From: a bacterium
GTDB taxonomy: Bacteria > Myxococcota_A > UBA9160 > UBA4427
Length of the DNA stretch: 64,000 nt
Direction of reading: 5' to 3'
Assembly (NCBI GenBank): GCA_031413515.1
Contig: JANOFF010000015.1
Span: forward strand, 1,591-65,590
Part shown: positions 25,880-34,341 of the stretch, piece after piece
Position numbering within the stretch: the stretch's first letter is position 1
Layout: the number at the start of each line of letters is the position of its first letter
Notes under the pieces: model-generated
What the model was told of the DNA's origin: nothing
Seen by the model: only the letters and a program-made list of their open reading frames with translations
Database searches by the model: none
Program-made: the position numbers and the translations under genes

Positions 25880-26890
25880 TCAGCGAAGCAGCAGGTCGCA
25901 GAGTGCCCGCACGCCGCGCACACCGCGGCGGATCGGATCGATCCGGACGAGTCGGCGCGCCAGCACCAGAAGTCGGCGCTCGAGGACGTGGCGCGTGAGC
26001 TTCGGCCCGTTGGCCCGTTTGCCCCCGACGTCGATCGCATCGAGTTCGGCCTGGATCGCACTCCGGTCGTAGCCCCAGGTGGCGAGATCCCGGTCGTCGA
26101 GTCCGGCCAGGATCAAGCGACACTGCGCAACCTTGGCGGGGTGCCCGGTCAGTGCGGACGCCCACTTGCCGAGCGAGGCCGTCGTCGGGCGCGTTTCCCG
26201 CGCGACCGTCATCGGATCGCCTAGCCCCCGGGCCGTGGGCCCGTGCTGGCCCGCGCTTCCATAGTCGACCATGCCGGGTTCGAAGGGGATCCCGATGAAG
26301 TCACACAGCCGGCGCATCTCGCCTTCGGGATCGGTCACGAGCTTCTCGTACGAGACCTGGCAGAGCGGTACACGACGCTCGCGCAGGAAGCTGGCCATCG
26401 CCGGGACGTATCGCTCGAGCACCGGGTTGTGGCGATACGCGACCTCGTGGTCGCCGTCGTAGAACGAGTCCACGATCGAGGACCAGATCGAGAGCGGATG
26501 TCGCGTCAGCACGATGTAGCGGGCACGCGGGTAGAGGCGCGCGGCGAAGTCGAGTACCAGCGCGTAGGCGGGAGTCTTGTCGAGCACGTACCGCGCGCCG
26601 CTGGTTCCGAGCAGCCTCGTGTAGAGGGTGTCCGTGTAGGCACGGAGCGCGTCGAGGTAGTCGGCTTCGCCGGACGGCAGATGCTGGACCAGTTCGCGGA
26701 TCCCGAGCTGGCTGATGATCGGATCGTAGGGAGCTTGATCGACTCTGTCGTAGTAGCCGAGGTGGGCTAGGGGAGTGAGCAGATGCGGCTCGACCGGGGC
26801 GTGGATGGCGGAATGCGCGCCGAGCATCCGGTTGAGCAGCGTCGAGCCCGAACGCGGGGGGCCGATCAGGAACAGCAGCTTGTCTTGCAC
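25880..26890 (-). CDS. Sulfotransferase family protein
   Basis: 5'-PSB loop GPPRSGSTLL, LDKTP, LTRHPLSIWSS (3'-PB), SYEKLV. Confidence 0.88.
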   Translation of the reverse strand: MQDKLLFLIGPPRSGSTLLNRMLGAHSAIHAPVEPHLLTPLAHLGYYDRVDQAPYDPIISQLGIRELVQHLPSGEADYLDALRAYTDTLYTRLLGTSGARYVLDKTPAYALVLDFAARLYPRARYIVLTRHPLSIWSSIVDSFYDGDHEVAYRHNPVLERYVPAMASFLRERRVPLCQVSYEKLVTDPEGEMRRLCDFIGIPFEPGMVDYGSAGQHGPTARGLGDPMTVARETRPTTASLGKWASALTGHPAKVAQCRLILAGLDDRDLATWGYDRSAIQAELDAIDVGGKRANGPKLTRHVLERRLLVLARRLVRIDPIRRGVRGVRALCDLLLR

Positions 26891-27122
26891 GGAATGGCGC
26901 TCCGGGTCGACGTCGCGACGGACGCGTCTGTCGGGCGCGCCAGTCTAACAGGCGCGTTTGTGCCGCGCGGGCCGCCGGTTCGGGCACATCCGATCCCCCG
27001 CGAGACTTTCAGCGCGATGGCAATCGCGACTTCGGGCCGTGCATTCGCTGGATCGTCGGGACGTGCAACGGCCGATAGACTCGACGTCCGCGCGGATCCG
27101 ACGCGCCTCGATGCGGAGCGAC

Positions 27123-28037
27123 ATGAGCGACAGGATCGACGGGCTGAGCGGGCCACGTACAGCGGACACGCCGGCTCGACGCGAGCCGACGAGCCTTTGG
27201 CCGGATGCACGCGAGTGGCTCGGACTCGCTGCACTGTTCGCGGTGCTCTGGCCCGGTCTGCGCGAGATGGCGGTCATCTGGGGCAGCGTCGACTACTACT
27301 CGCATGGACCCCTGATCCCGTTCGTGGCGCTCTGGGCGGCGAGTGCCCAGCGTCATGTGCTGCCGCGTCTGCCTCGGAGTCGCGATGCGCGTGGCGCCGT
27401 CGCGGTCTGTGTCGCACTGCTCGCCTACCTGCTCGGACTCGTGGCGGGTGAGGTATGGCTCGCCGGTCTGGGCAGCGTGTCGGCCGTTGCCGGTGCGGTC
27501 CTGTACGCGCGGGGTCCGGCCTGGCTCCGGACTCTCGCCTTCCCGCTCGGGTACCTGTTCTTCATGGTCCCGATCCCGGACGAGTGGCTGGCGCCGGTGA
27601 TCGTGCAGCTGCAGCTGCTCGTCAGCAGCACCGGGACGGAGATCCTCCGCGCGCTCGGTGAGCCGGTGCTCCGGACCGGCAACGTGCTGCAGCTCGCCAG
27701 TGGCGAGCAGCTCTTCGTCGCGGAGGCGTGCAGCGGGATCACGTCGCTGATCACGCTGATTCCACTCGGCGTCTTCCTGGCGTACTTCACCGAGCGCTCG
27801 ATCTGGCGTCGTGTCGGCCTGGTGCTGACGGTGATCCCGGTGGCCCTCGCCGGAAACCTGGCGCGCGTGCTGTTGACCGTCGCTCTGGCGAATCGAATTG
27901 GCGCACGGGCCGCGACGGAGAGCAGCTTGCACGACTGGATCGGGCTCTCGACCTATGTGGTCGCGTGCCTGGTCGTGCTCGGCGTCGGAGCCTGGATGCG
28001 CCGAGCGGACACGGTGCAGCCGGTCGCCCGGTCTTGA
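27123..28037 (+). CDS. Exosortase (EpsH/XrtA family)
   Basis: YYSHGPLIP, FMVPIP, VAEACSGITSL (catalytic Cys), NLARV (Arg), LHDWIG (His); multiple TMs. Confidence 0.88.
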   Translation: MSDRIDGLSGPRTADTPARREPTSLWPDAREWLGLAALFAVLWPGLREMAVIWGSVDYYSHGPLIPFVALWAASAQRHVLPRLPRSRDARGAVAVCVALLAYLLGLVAGEVWLAGLGSVSAVAGAVLYARGPAWLRTLAFPLGYLFFMVPIPDEWLAPVIVQLQLLVSSTGTEILRALGEPVLRTGNVLQLASGEQLFVAEACSGITSLITLIPLGVFLAYFTERSIWRRVGLVLTVIPVALAGNLARVLLTVALANRIGARAATESSLHDWIGLSTYVVACLVVLGVGAWMRRADTVQPVARS

Positions 28038-29128
28038 ACGTCGAGGATTTCCACGCGGACACCCTGGACCTGACGACCCGCGCGAAGGCGCTGGCGCTGG
28101 CCCTCGGCTTCGATCGGGCGGGCGTGGCTTCGGCCGAACCGGGACCCGACACGCAGTTCCTGCGCGAGTGGCTGGATCGCGGCTATGCGGGCGAGATGGA
28201 ATATCTCGCCGCGCGCGCGGCCGATCGGATGGATCCGCGTCGGCTGATGGCCGACGTCCGGAGCGTCGTCGTGGTCGCGCTGTTCCACGATCCGGCCGCT
28301 GCTTCGGAGGCGGGCGCGCGGCCCGGCTTCGCGCGGATCGCCGCCTACGCGGGCGGCGAGGACTATCACGCGGTGATGTCCGATCGACTGCGCGCTCTCG
28401 CGAGTGGCCTCGAGTCACTGGCCGGACATCCAATCGTCTCGCGCGCCTATGTGGACACGGGTCCGGTGCAGGAGCGGGTGTTCGCCGCGCGCGCCGGGCT
28501 CGGCTGGATCGGCAAGAACACCTGTGTGATCGACGCGAAGCTCGGCTCGCGCATGCTGCTCGGCGTCGTGCTGTGCGATCTCGAACTCGAGCCGGATCGC
28601 CCCGAACCCGATCACTGCGGGACTTGCCGGGCATGTCTCGACGCCTGTCCGACGGACGCGTTCGCGAGCCCGTACGTACTCGACGCCACCCGCTGCATCT
28701 CGTACACGACGATCGAGACACGCGGGCCGATCGATCCCGGACTGCGGGCCGGACAGGGCGACTGGATCTTCGGCTGCGACGTCTGCCAGGACGTCTGCCC
28801 CTGGAATCGCCGCCGCTGGCCCGGGGATCTGCCCGACCCGCTGGCGCTCCGCGAACGCCTCGTCCCGGATCCGCGCCTGGTTCGTGCGAGCCTGGCCTGG
28901 GTGTTGTCGCTCGATCCCGATGCCTGGCGGGCGGTCACGCGCGGCACCGCGCTGCGGCGCGCGGGGCACCGAGGCCTGCTGCGCAATGCGCTGGTGGCGG
29001 CGGGCAACAGCGGCGACGTCGGACTCGCCGATCTGATCTCGGCCCACGCCAACGGTCCGGACGAGTTGCTCGCCGAACACGCGCGCTGGGCCCTGTCCCG
29101 GCTCGGAGTGGCGCTGCCGATCGGATGA
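28034..29128 (+). CDS. queG: Epoxyqueuosine reductase
   Basis: GYAGEMEYL, DYH, YVDTGPVQER, GLGWIGKN, CGTCRACLDACPT, CISY, FGCDVCQDVCPWN; TTG start overlapping the exosortase stop. Confidence 0.93.
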   Translation: MNVEDFHADTLDLTTRAKALALALGFDRAGVASAEPGPDTQFLREWLDRGYAGEMEYLAARAADRMDPRRLMADVRSVVVVALFHDPAAASEAGARPGFARIAAYAGGEDYHAVMSDRLRALASGLESLAGHPIVSRAYVDTGPVQERVFAARAGLGWIGKNTCVIDAKLGSRMLLGVVLCDLELEPDRPEPDHCGTCRACLDACPTDAFASPYVLDATRCISYTTIETRGPIDPGLRAGQGDWIFGCDVCQDVCPWNRRRWPGDLPDPLALRERLVPDPRLVRASLAWVLSLDPDAWRAVTRGTALRRAGHRGLLRNALVAAGNSGDVGLADLISAHANGPDELLAEHARWALSRLGVALPIG

Positions 29129-29143
29129 CGCGCGGGCTCGGGA

Positions 29144-29701
29144 TCAGAGATGCGGCTTGCGAGCGATCAGCCGCGCGATGAAGTCCGGGCGCGGTTGGCC
29201 CTCGCTCAGTTCTTCGTGCCCGAGGATTTCGAGTTCCGGGAACAAACGCGGAAGTTCTGCCGGAGCAAGCAGGTACGCGGGATTGCTCGGGCCATATGGC
29301 AGGGACTGCTGCTGCAGGGTGAACGTCTCATAAAGGAGGAGACCACCGGGCGCGAGCAGCCGCACGATTTCGGAGGCGAGCGGTCTGAACAGAAAGCGAA
29401 ACACGAGCACTGCGCCACAACTCTCTGATCGGATGGGGATTTTGTGGCCCGACTCGAGGTCGGCTCGGAGACACGGCAGCGATCTCCCGAGCGCTGCGCC
29501 CCGGGCTCGCAGATCGGCCAGGAATTCGGCGCTGCGATCGACCCCGATCATGGGCAGCCCGGCCAGCGCGCCCGGGATCGCGTGTCGCCCGCGCCCGCAT
29601 GCGAGATCGAGGATCGGTCCGAGCTGCCCGGCTGCGCGCAGCGCGTCGAGTTGCTCGACGAACAGCCGCGAGGGTTCGGGGGCGTGCGGCCGCTCAGCCA
29701 C
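29144..29701 (-). CDS. Class I SAM-dependent methyltransferase (TehB-like)
   Basis: LDLACGRGRHA, VDRS, LAPGGLLLYETF, PAYLL. Confidence 0.8.
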   Translation of the reverse strand: MAERPHAPEPSRLFVEQLDALRAAGQLGPILDLACGRGRHAIPGALAGLPMIGVDRSAEFLADLRARGAALGRSLPCLRADLESGHKIPIRSESCGAVLVFRFLFRPLASEIVRLLAPGGLLLYETFTLQQQSLPYGPSNPAYLLAPAELPRLFPELEILGHEELSEGQPRPDFIARLIARKPHL

Positions 29702-30500
29702 GATCCGCGGCGATCAACGCGGCCATTCGATCGGGCCGATCCGTCACGATGCCGTCGACACCGAGGTCGAGCAGTCGGCGCATCTCCGTCGGGTCGTTGA
29801 TGGTCCACACGTGGACCACCAGGCCGTGGGCGTGACAGTGGTCGACGAGTGGGCGCGTGACGAGCGGATTCCCGCCGAACTCGGCGGGGATCTGCAGCGC
29901 CATGCTGTCGGTCGTCGGGGCACGGCCCGCCGTCGCGGCGCGCACGACATCGAGGATGTCGGAGAGGCTCGCGCCGAGGGCAGGGCGGGCGGCGCTTTCG
30001 GCCAGCACCGCGCGCAGGTCGCGCTGGATTGCGTCCTCGCCGGCCACCAGCAGCGTGCGCTCCTCGCGATCCAGCTCGACCACCATTTCGACGATCTGTC
30101 GGATCAGCGCTCGGCCCGGTGCCTTGATCTCGAGATTGAAGCGGGCGTCGGGATGGGTCTCGAAGGCCTCGCGGAGGGTGGGGATGCGCAGGCCCTGGCC
30201 GCGAAACGGAAACGTGGCGCCATCCTCCGATGAGAACCGATAGCCCGCGTCCAGTCTCTGGACGGCGGCGAGATCGAGCGCGTCGAGCGGGCCGCGTCCC
30301 TCGGTGGTGCGATCGACGTGCGGATCGTGGATCAGCACCGGAACTCCGTCGCGGGTCACATGCACGTCGCTCTCGACGATCTGTGCGCCGTCGGCCAGGC
30401 CGCGCGCGAAGGCGAGGAGTGTGTTCTCGGGCGCCAGCCCCGCCGCACCGCGATGGCCGAGGATCGTCGGGCGAGGCAGGTCGAAGTAGGGATGCGGCAT
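29694..30500 (-). CDS. Glycerophosphodiester phosphodiesterase
   Basis: GHRGAAGLAPENT, ESDV, HD, NLEIK, HVWTIND, GIVTDRP. Confidence 0.9.
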   Translation of the reverse strand: MPHPYFDLPRPTILGHRGAAGLAPENTLLAFARGLADGAQIVESDVHVTRDGVPVLIHDPHVDRTTEGRGPLDALDLAAVQRLDAGYRFSSEDGATFPFRGQGLRIPTLREAFETHPDARFNLEIKAPGRALIRQIVEMVVELDREERTLLVAGEDAIQRDLRAVLAESAARPALGASLSDILDVVRAATAGRAPTTDSMALQIPAEFGGNPLVTRPLVDHCHAHGLVVHVWTINDPTEMRRLLDLGVDGIVTDRPDRMAALIAADRG

Positions 30501-30527
30501 GCGGCGTACGTTATCATGCGCCCGCCC

Positions 30528-31040
30528 ATGGCCGTCCTGACCCGCGATGTCATTCTCGCCGAGATCGCTTCCGGCCGTGTGAAGGTGGAACCCTTCGAGA
30601 CGGATCAGGTCGGCGTCGCGTCGATCGATCTCACGCTCGGCGAAGAGATCCGGATCATCGAGCCGGCAGGGCGCGCGATCGAGATCCGTGAGGACACCGA
30701 CTATCGCGACTACACGCGCGTCGGCACACTCGCAGATCCCTATCTGCTGGCCCCCGGCGAGACGATCCACGGCATCACGCGCGAGCGCATCACGCTGCCC
30801 GGAGATCTGTGCGGATTTCTCGAGGGTCGCAGCCGGTATGCGAGGCTCGGATTGATGATCCACGTCACGAGTGCATTCGTGCAGCCCGGCGTGCGGAACC
30901 GGCAGGTGCTCGAGCTGAGCAACGTGTCGAACCAGCCACTGCTGATCCACGCCGGCGTGCGGATCTGCCAACTCGTGTTGATGCGCACCGAGGGTCACGC
31001 CGTCTATGCCGGGCGGTTCGCCGTCCAGGACGAGATCTGA
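30528..31040 (+). CDS. dcd: dCTP deaminase
   Basis: ASIDLTLG, EGRSRYARLGL, VLELSN, RICQL. Confidence 0.85.
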   Translation: MAVLTRDVILAEIASGRVKVEPFETDQVGVASIDLTLGEEIRIIEPAGRAIEIREDTDYRDYTRVGTLADPYLLAPGETIHGITRERITLPGDLCGFLEGRSRYARLGLMIHVTSAFVQPGVRNRQVLELSNVSNQPLLIHAGVRICQLVLMRTEGHAVYAGRFAVQDEI

Positions 31041-31050
31041 AGGGTCGCCC

Positions 31051-31500
31051 GTGCGTGCGGTGGTTCAGCGGGTGGATCGAGCCAGCGTGACGGTCGGGGG
31101 CGAGCGGGTCGCCGAGATGGGGCCGGGTCTGCTCGCGCTGGTCGGTGTCGCGCGCGACGATCTCCCCTCCGATGCGCTCGAACTCGCGCAGAAGCTGGTT
31201 GCTCTGCGCGTATTCGAGGACGCGGCGGGGCGGATGAATCGCTCGTTGCTCGATCTCGGCTTCGCGCTCGGCGTGGTGTCGCAGTTCAGCCTGATGGCGG
31301 ACTGTCGCAAGGGCCGTCGGCCGTCGTTCGGGGCTGCCGCCCCACCGGAGATCGCGGCGCCGTTGATCGAGCAGGTGGTGCACGCCGCGCGGGACCTCGG
31401 CGTGACGGTCGTCACCGGGCGCTTCCAGGCGACCATGGAGGTCGAACTCCTGAACCACGGCCCGATCACGTTGTTGATCGATACACGGAAGGTGTTCTGA
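31051..31500 (+). CDS. dtd: D-aminoacyl-tRNA deacylase
   Basis: RAVVQRV, LRVFED, VSQFSL, GRRPSF, NHGPIT (Gly-cisPro motif). Confidence 0.92.
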   Translation: MRAVVQRVDRASVTVGGERVAEMGPGLLALVGVARDDLPSDALELAQKLVALRVFEDAAGRMNRSLLDLGFALGVVSQFSLMADCRKGRRPSFGAAAPPEIAAPLIEQVVHAARDLGVTVVTGRFQATMEVELLNHGPITLLIDTRKVF

Positions 31501-31631
31501 CTCACCGAGTCCGGTCCGGAGTCCGTCGATGACACCGGCAGAGTCCAGCCCGCCTTGCCGATTCCCCGAGAAGCCGGAACACTGTCCTGTGGGGGAACCA
31601 AGGCGGATCATCCGCCCGAATGAGAGGTGTC

Positions 31632-32075
31632 ATGGACAGCTGTATTTCGATTGGAAGTGGGAAAAGAGGAAAGAGTCGTCGCGCGCTGTGCGCGGCACTC
31701 GTCTTCGCCGCGTTCCTGACGGCGCCGATCGTCTCGATCGCCGACGACGGCGGGGTCGGCGGGACGTTCAAAGAAGGTGGGATCGGAACGGCCGCGGCCC
31801 TGTCGAGTCTGGTCTACGGACCCGTCAAGGTCGTGTACGCGTTCGGGGGTCTGGTGGCCTCCGGCCTTGCCTGGGGGTTCTCGGGCGGCGACGGCGAAGT
31901 GGCGACGACGGTGCTGACCCGCGCAGTGCGGGGCACATACGTGATCTCGCCGGATACGTTGCAGGGCAACCAGGAAGTCGAGTTCGTCGGACGCTCGCCG
32001 CAGTACCGAACGTCGGCCGGCGGAACGGCGCAGGTCGCCGCTGCACCGGAAGGCGCCACACCGGACGGCTGGTAG
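31632..32075 (+). CDS. Hypothetical exported/membrane protein
   Basis: Signal-like hydrophobic segment and Gly-rich hydrophobic core; GAGAGG RBS; typical codon usage. Confidence 0.6.
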   Translation: MDSCISIGSGKRGKSRRALCAALVFAAFLTAPIVSIADDGGVGGTFKEGGIGTAAALSSLVYGPVKVVYAFGGLVASGLAWGFSGGDGEVATTVLTRAVRGTYVISPDTLQGNQEVEFVGRSPQYRTSAGGTAQVAAAPEGATPDGW

Positions 32076-32230
32076 CGGTCGACCGGGCCCGGCCCGGCCG
32101 GCGTGCCCAGCTTGCTGGAGTACGCGGATCTAAGATCCGCGTCCGGTCATGGCTCCGCGGGTCGATCGCAAGATCGGCCCGCGGGGTGGTGGCAGGGCAC
32201 CGAGCGAGACGCGACTCTCCGGCACCCGCA

Positions 32231-33004
32231 ATGAATGAGTTCGTCTCCCACGTGCCGCTGGCCCTCGCGGCCGGCCTGCTCTCGGTGCTGTCACCCTGCG
32301 TGATGCCCCTGATGCCCGCCTATCTCTCGCTGGTCTCGGGCATCTCGGTCGAGGAGATGGAAGCCGGAGTCGCCGACACTGAGCTGCGCCGGCGTGTGAT
32401 GCAGGCGTGTCTCGGATTCGTCTGCGGCTTCTCCGCGGTCTTCATCCTGATGGGGATCGGCGCCTTCACGCTCGGACACGTGATCCGCTCGTGGCAGGTG
32501 GGTGTATTCGGGGTACAGATCGGGATCGCGCAGATCGCGGGTCTGGTGATCGTGGCATTCGGCCTGCACATGACCGGTCTGCTTCGCATCAAGGCGCTGT
32601 ATCGCGACACACGCATGCACTTCCCGATGCGCGAGCACGGCTTTCTGTCGACCGGGCTGGTCGGAGCGGGCTTCGCGCTCGGCTGGTCGCCGTGCATCGG
32701 CCCGATCCTGAGCACGGTGCTCACCCTGGCCGGCAGCACGGACACCGTCGTTCAGGGCACCGCGCTGCTCGCCGTCTACTCGGTGGGCCTGGCGATTCCC
32801 TTTTTGCTGGCGGGCTGGAGCATCGAGCATTTCTTCACCGCGTTCGGACGCATCAAACGACACTTCCGGAAGATCGAGGTGGCATCCGGACTCGTATTGA
32901 TGGCGGTCGGCATGCTGCTCGTCACGGATCAGTTCACGCGTCTGAACGGCCAGTTCGTGTTCGTGTCGGATTGGTTGGCGCGCGCCGAGCAGGCGCTGCA
33001 GTGA
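32231..33004 (+). CDS. ccdA: Cytochrome c biogenesis protein CcdA (DsbD TM domain)
   Basis: AGLLSVLSPCVMPLMPAY and GWSPCIGPIL redox Cys motifs. Confidence 0.9.
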   Translation: MNEFVSHVPLALAAGLLSVLSPCVMPLMPAYLSLVSGISVEEMEAGVADTELRRRVMQACLGFVCGFSAVFILMGIGAFTLGHVIRSWQVGVFGVQIGIAQIAGLVIVAFGLHMTGLLRIKALYRDTRMHFPMREHGFLSTGLVGAGFALGWSPCIGPILSTVLTLAGSTDTVVQGTALLAVYSVGLAIPFLLAGWSIEHFFTAFGRIKRHFRKIEVASGLVLMAVGMLLVTDQFTRLNGQFVFVSDWLARAEQALQ

Positions 33005-33552
33005 TCCTGCGTGGACGAGCGCGTGCGACGGGCCGCGTCCGGGCCGCCATCGGGGCGCTCGGACTGATCGTGTGGCTCGGTTGCACGCCCGAGGCCGCGC
33101 TGGAACCGGACATTGCCAGTGAGCCCGAGCCGGCACCGGCGTTCTCGTTGCAGCGATTGGGGGGAGGCGAGCCGGTGAGTCTCGAGTCGCTGCGGGGCAA
33201 GACCGTCATCCTGGACTTCTGGGCGACCTGGTGCCCCCCCTGCGAGTTCCAGGTCCCCGAACTGAACCAGTTCTATGACGCCCATCGCGCTGACAGCGAT
33301 GTGGCCGTCTTCGGGATCTCGATCGACGTCGAAGGAACCGATGTCATCTCGGCCTGGGTGTCGGAGCACGACGTCCGTTACCCGATCCTGCTCGGCGACG
33401 AGGCACTGGCCCGGAAGTTCGGAGCCGTTGGATTCCCGACCCTGTACGTGATCGCACCGGACGGCACGCTCGCCGAGCAGCACGTCGGCTTGATCGAGAG
33501 CGCCACGCTCGAATCCGCCGTCGCGGCACGGCGCGCCGCGGCTCCGCGCTGA
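33001..33552 (+). CDS. TlpA/ResA-family thiol-disulfide oxidoreductase (lipoprotein)
   Basis: LDFWATWCPPC, GFPT cis-Pro loop, WLGC lipobox-like; GTGA overlap with ccdA. Confidence 0.88.
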   Translation: MILRGRARATGRVRAAIGALGLIVWLGCTPEAALEPDIASEPEPAPAFSLQRLGGGEPVSLESLRGKTVILDFWATWCPPCEFQVPELNQFYDAHRADSDVAVFGISIDVEGTDVISAWVSEHDVRYPILLGDEALARKFGAVGFPTLYVIAPDGTLAEQHVGLIESATLESAVAARRAAAPR

Positions 33553-33662
33553 GCCCGGCCTCGTCGCTTCGCCCGTTCGGCTTCCCTGAGGGGTCTGTGG
33601 CTCGCCGAACTCCGCAGCGCCGCAAAATCCGGTGGTCCTCAAGGCCCCGAGATTGCTGGACG

Positions 33663-34298
33663 ATGCAGCCGGGGATGACCGAGAGCACGCAGGTCCAGGT
33701 CCGCAGGCAGCACGAACGCGCCCTCCAGGCCGGAGATCTCGTTTTCGACGAAGGCGACGAGGGCGATGTCCTCTACATCATCGCCTCGGGCGAAATCGAA
33801 CTCACGCGCAGGGGTGCTTCCGGACGCAGGGTCGTTGCGCGGCTCGGTCCGGGTGAATTCTTCGGCGAGATGAGCGTGATCATCCGCGAGGCGCGCTCGG
33901 CCCGGGCGGTTGCCGTGCGTACGACGCGGCTGCTCGAACTCGATGGCGAGACCCTCGAGGCCATGTGCATCGAACGTCCGGAGATCGCGATCCGCATCAT
34001 CAGCCGACTCTCTGCCCGCTTGATCGACACCGAACGTCGGCTCGCAGCCCTCGGCAGCGACGATCTGCTGCGGCCGGTAGTTCGCGCGCTGGTGCGCGAC
34101 GCCGAGCCCGACGGCCCGCACGGCATCCGGATTCCGACGACGTTGCGTCGCCTCGCGATCGACTCGGGGCTCTCGCTGTTCGAGACCCATCGCGCGATCC
34201 AGCAACTGCTCGACCAGAAGGTCGTGCGCCTGATGGACGACGTGCTGCTGGCGCGCGATCTCGAATCCCTCTCGTCCTGTCTCGACACGCCGGCCTGA
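33663..34298 (+). CDS. Crp/Fnr-family cyclic-nucleotide-binding regulator
   Basis: FDEGDEGDVLYIIASG, GEFFGEMS...RSA; C-terminal winged-helix-like region. Confidence 0.78.
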   Translation: MQPGMTESTQVQVRRQHERALQAGDLVFDEGDEGDVLYIIASGEIELTRRGASGRRVVARLGPGEFFGEMSVIIREARSARAVAVRTTRLLELDGETLEAMCIERPEIAIRIISRLSARLIDTERRLAALGSDDLLRPVVRALVRDAEPDGPHGIRIPTTLRRLAIDSGLSLFETHRAIQQLLDQKVVRLMDDVLLARDLESLSSCLDTPA

Positions 34299-34341
34299 TC
34301 GCGGTCCATCCGCTTGGACCGCCCGGACGCGCTCTGATAGC

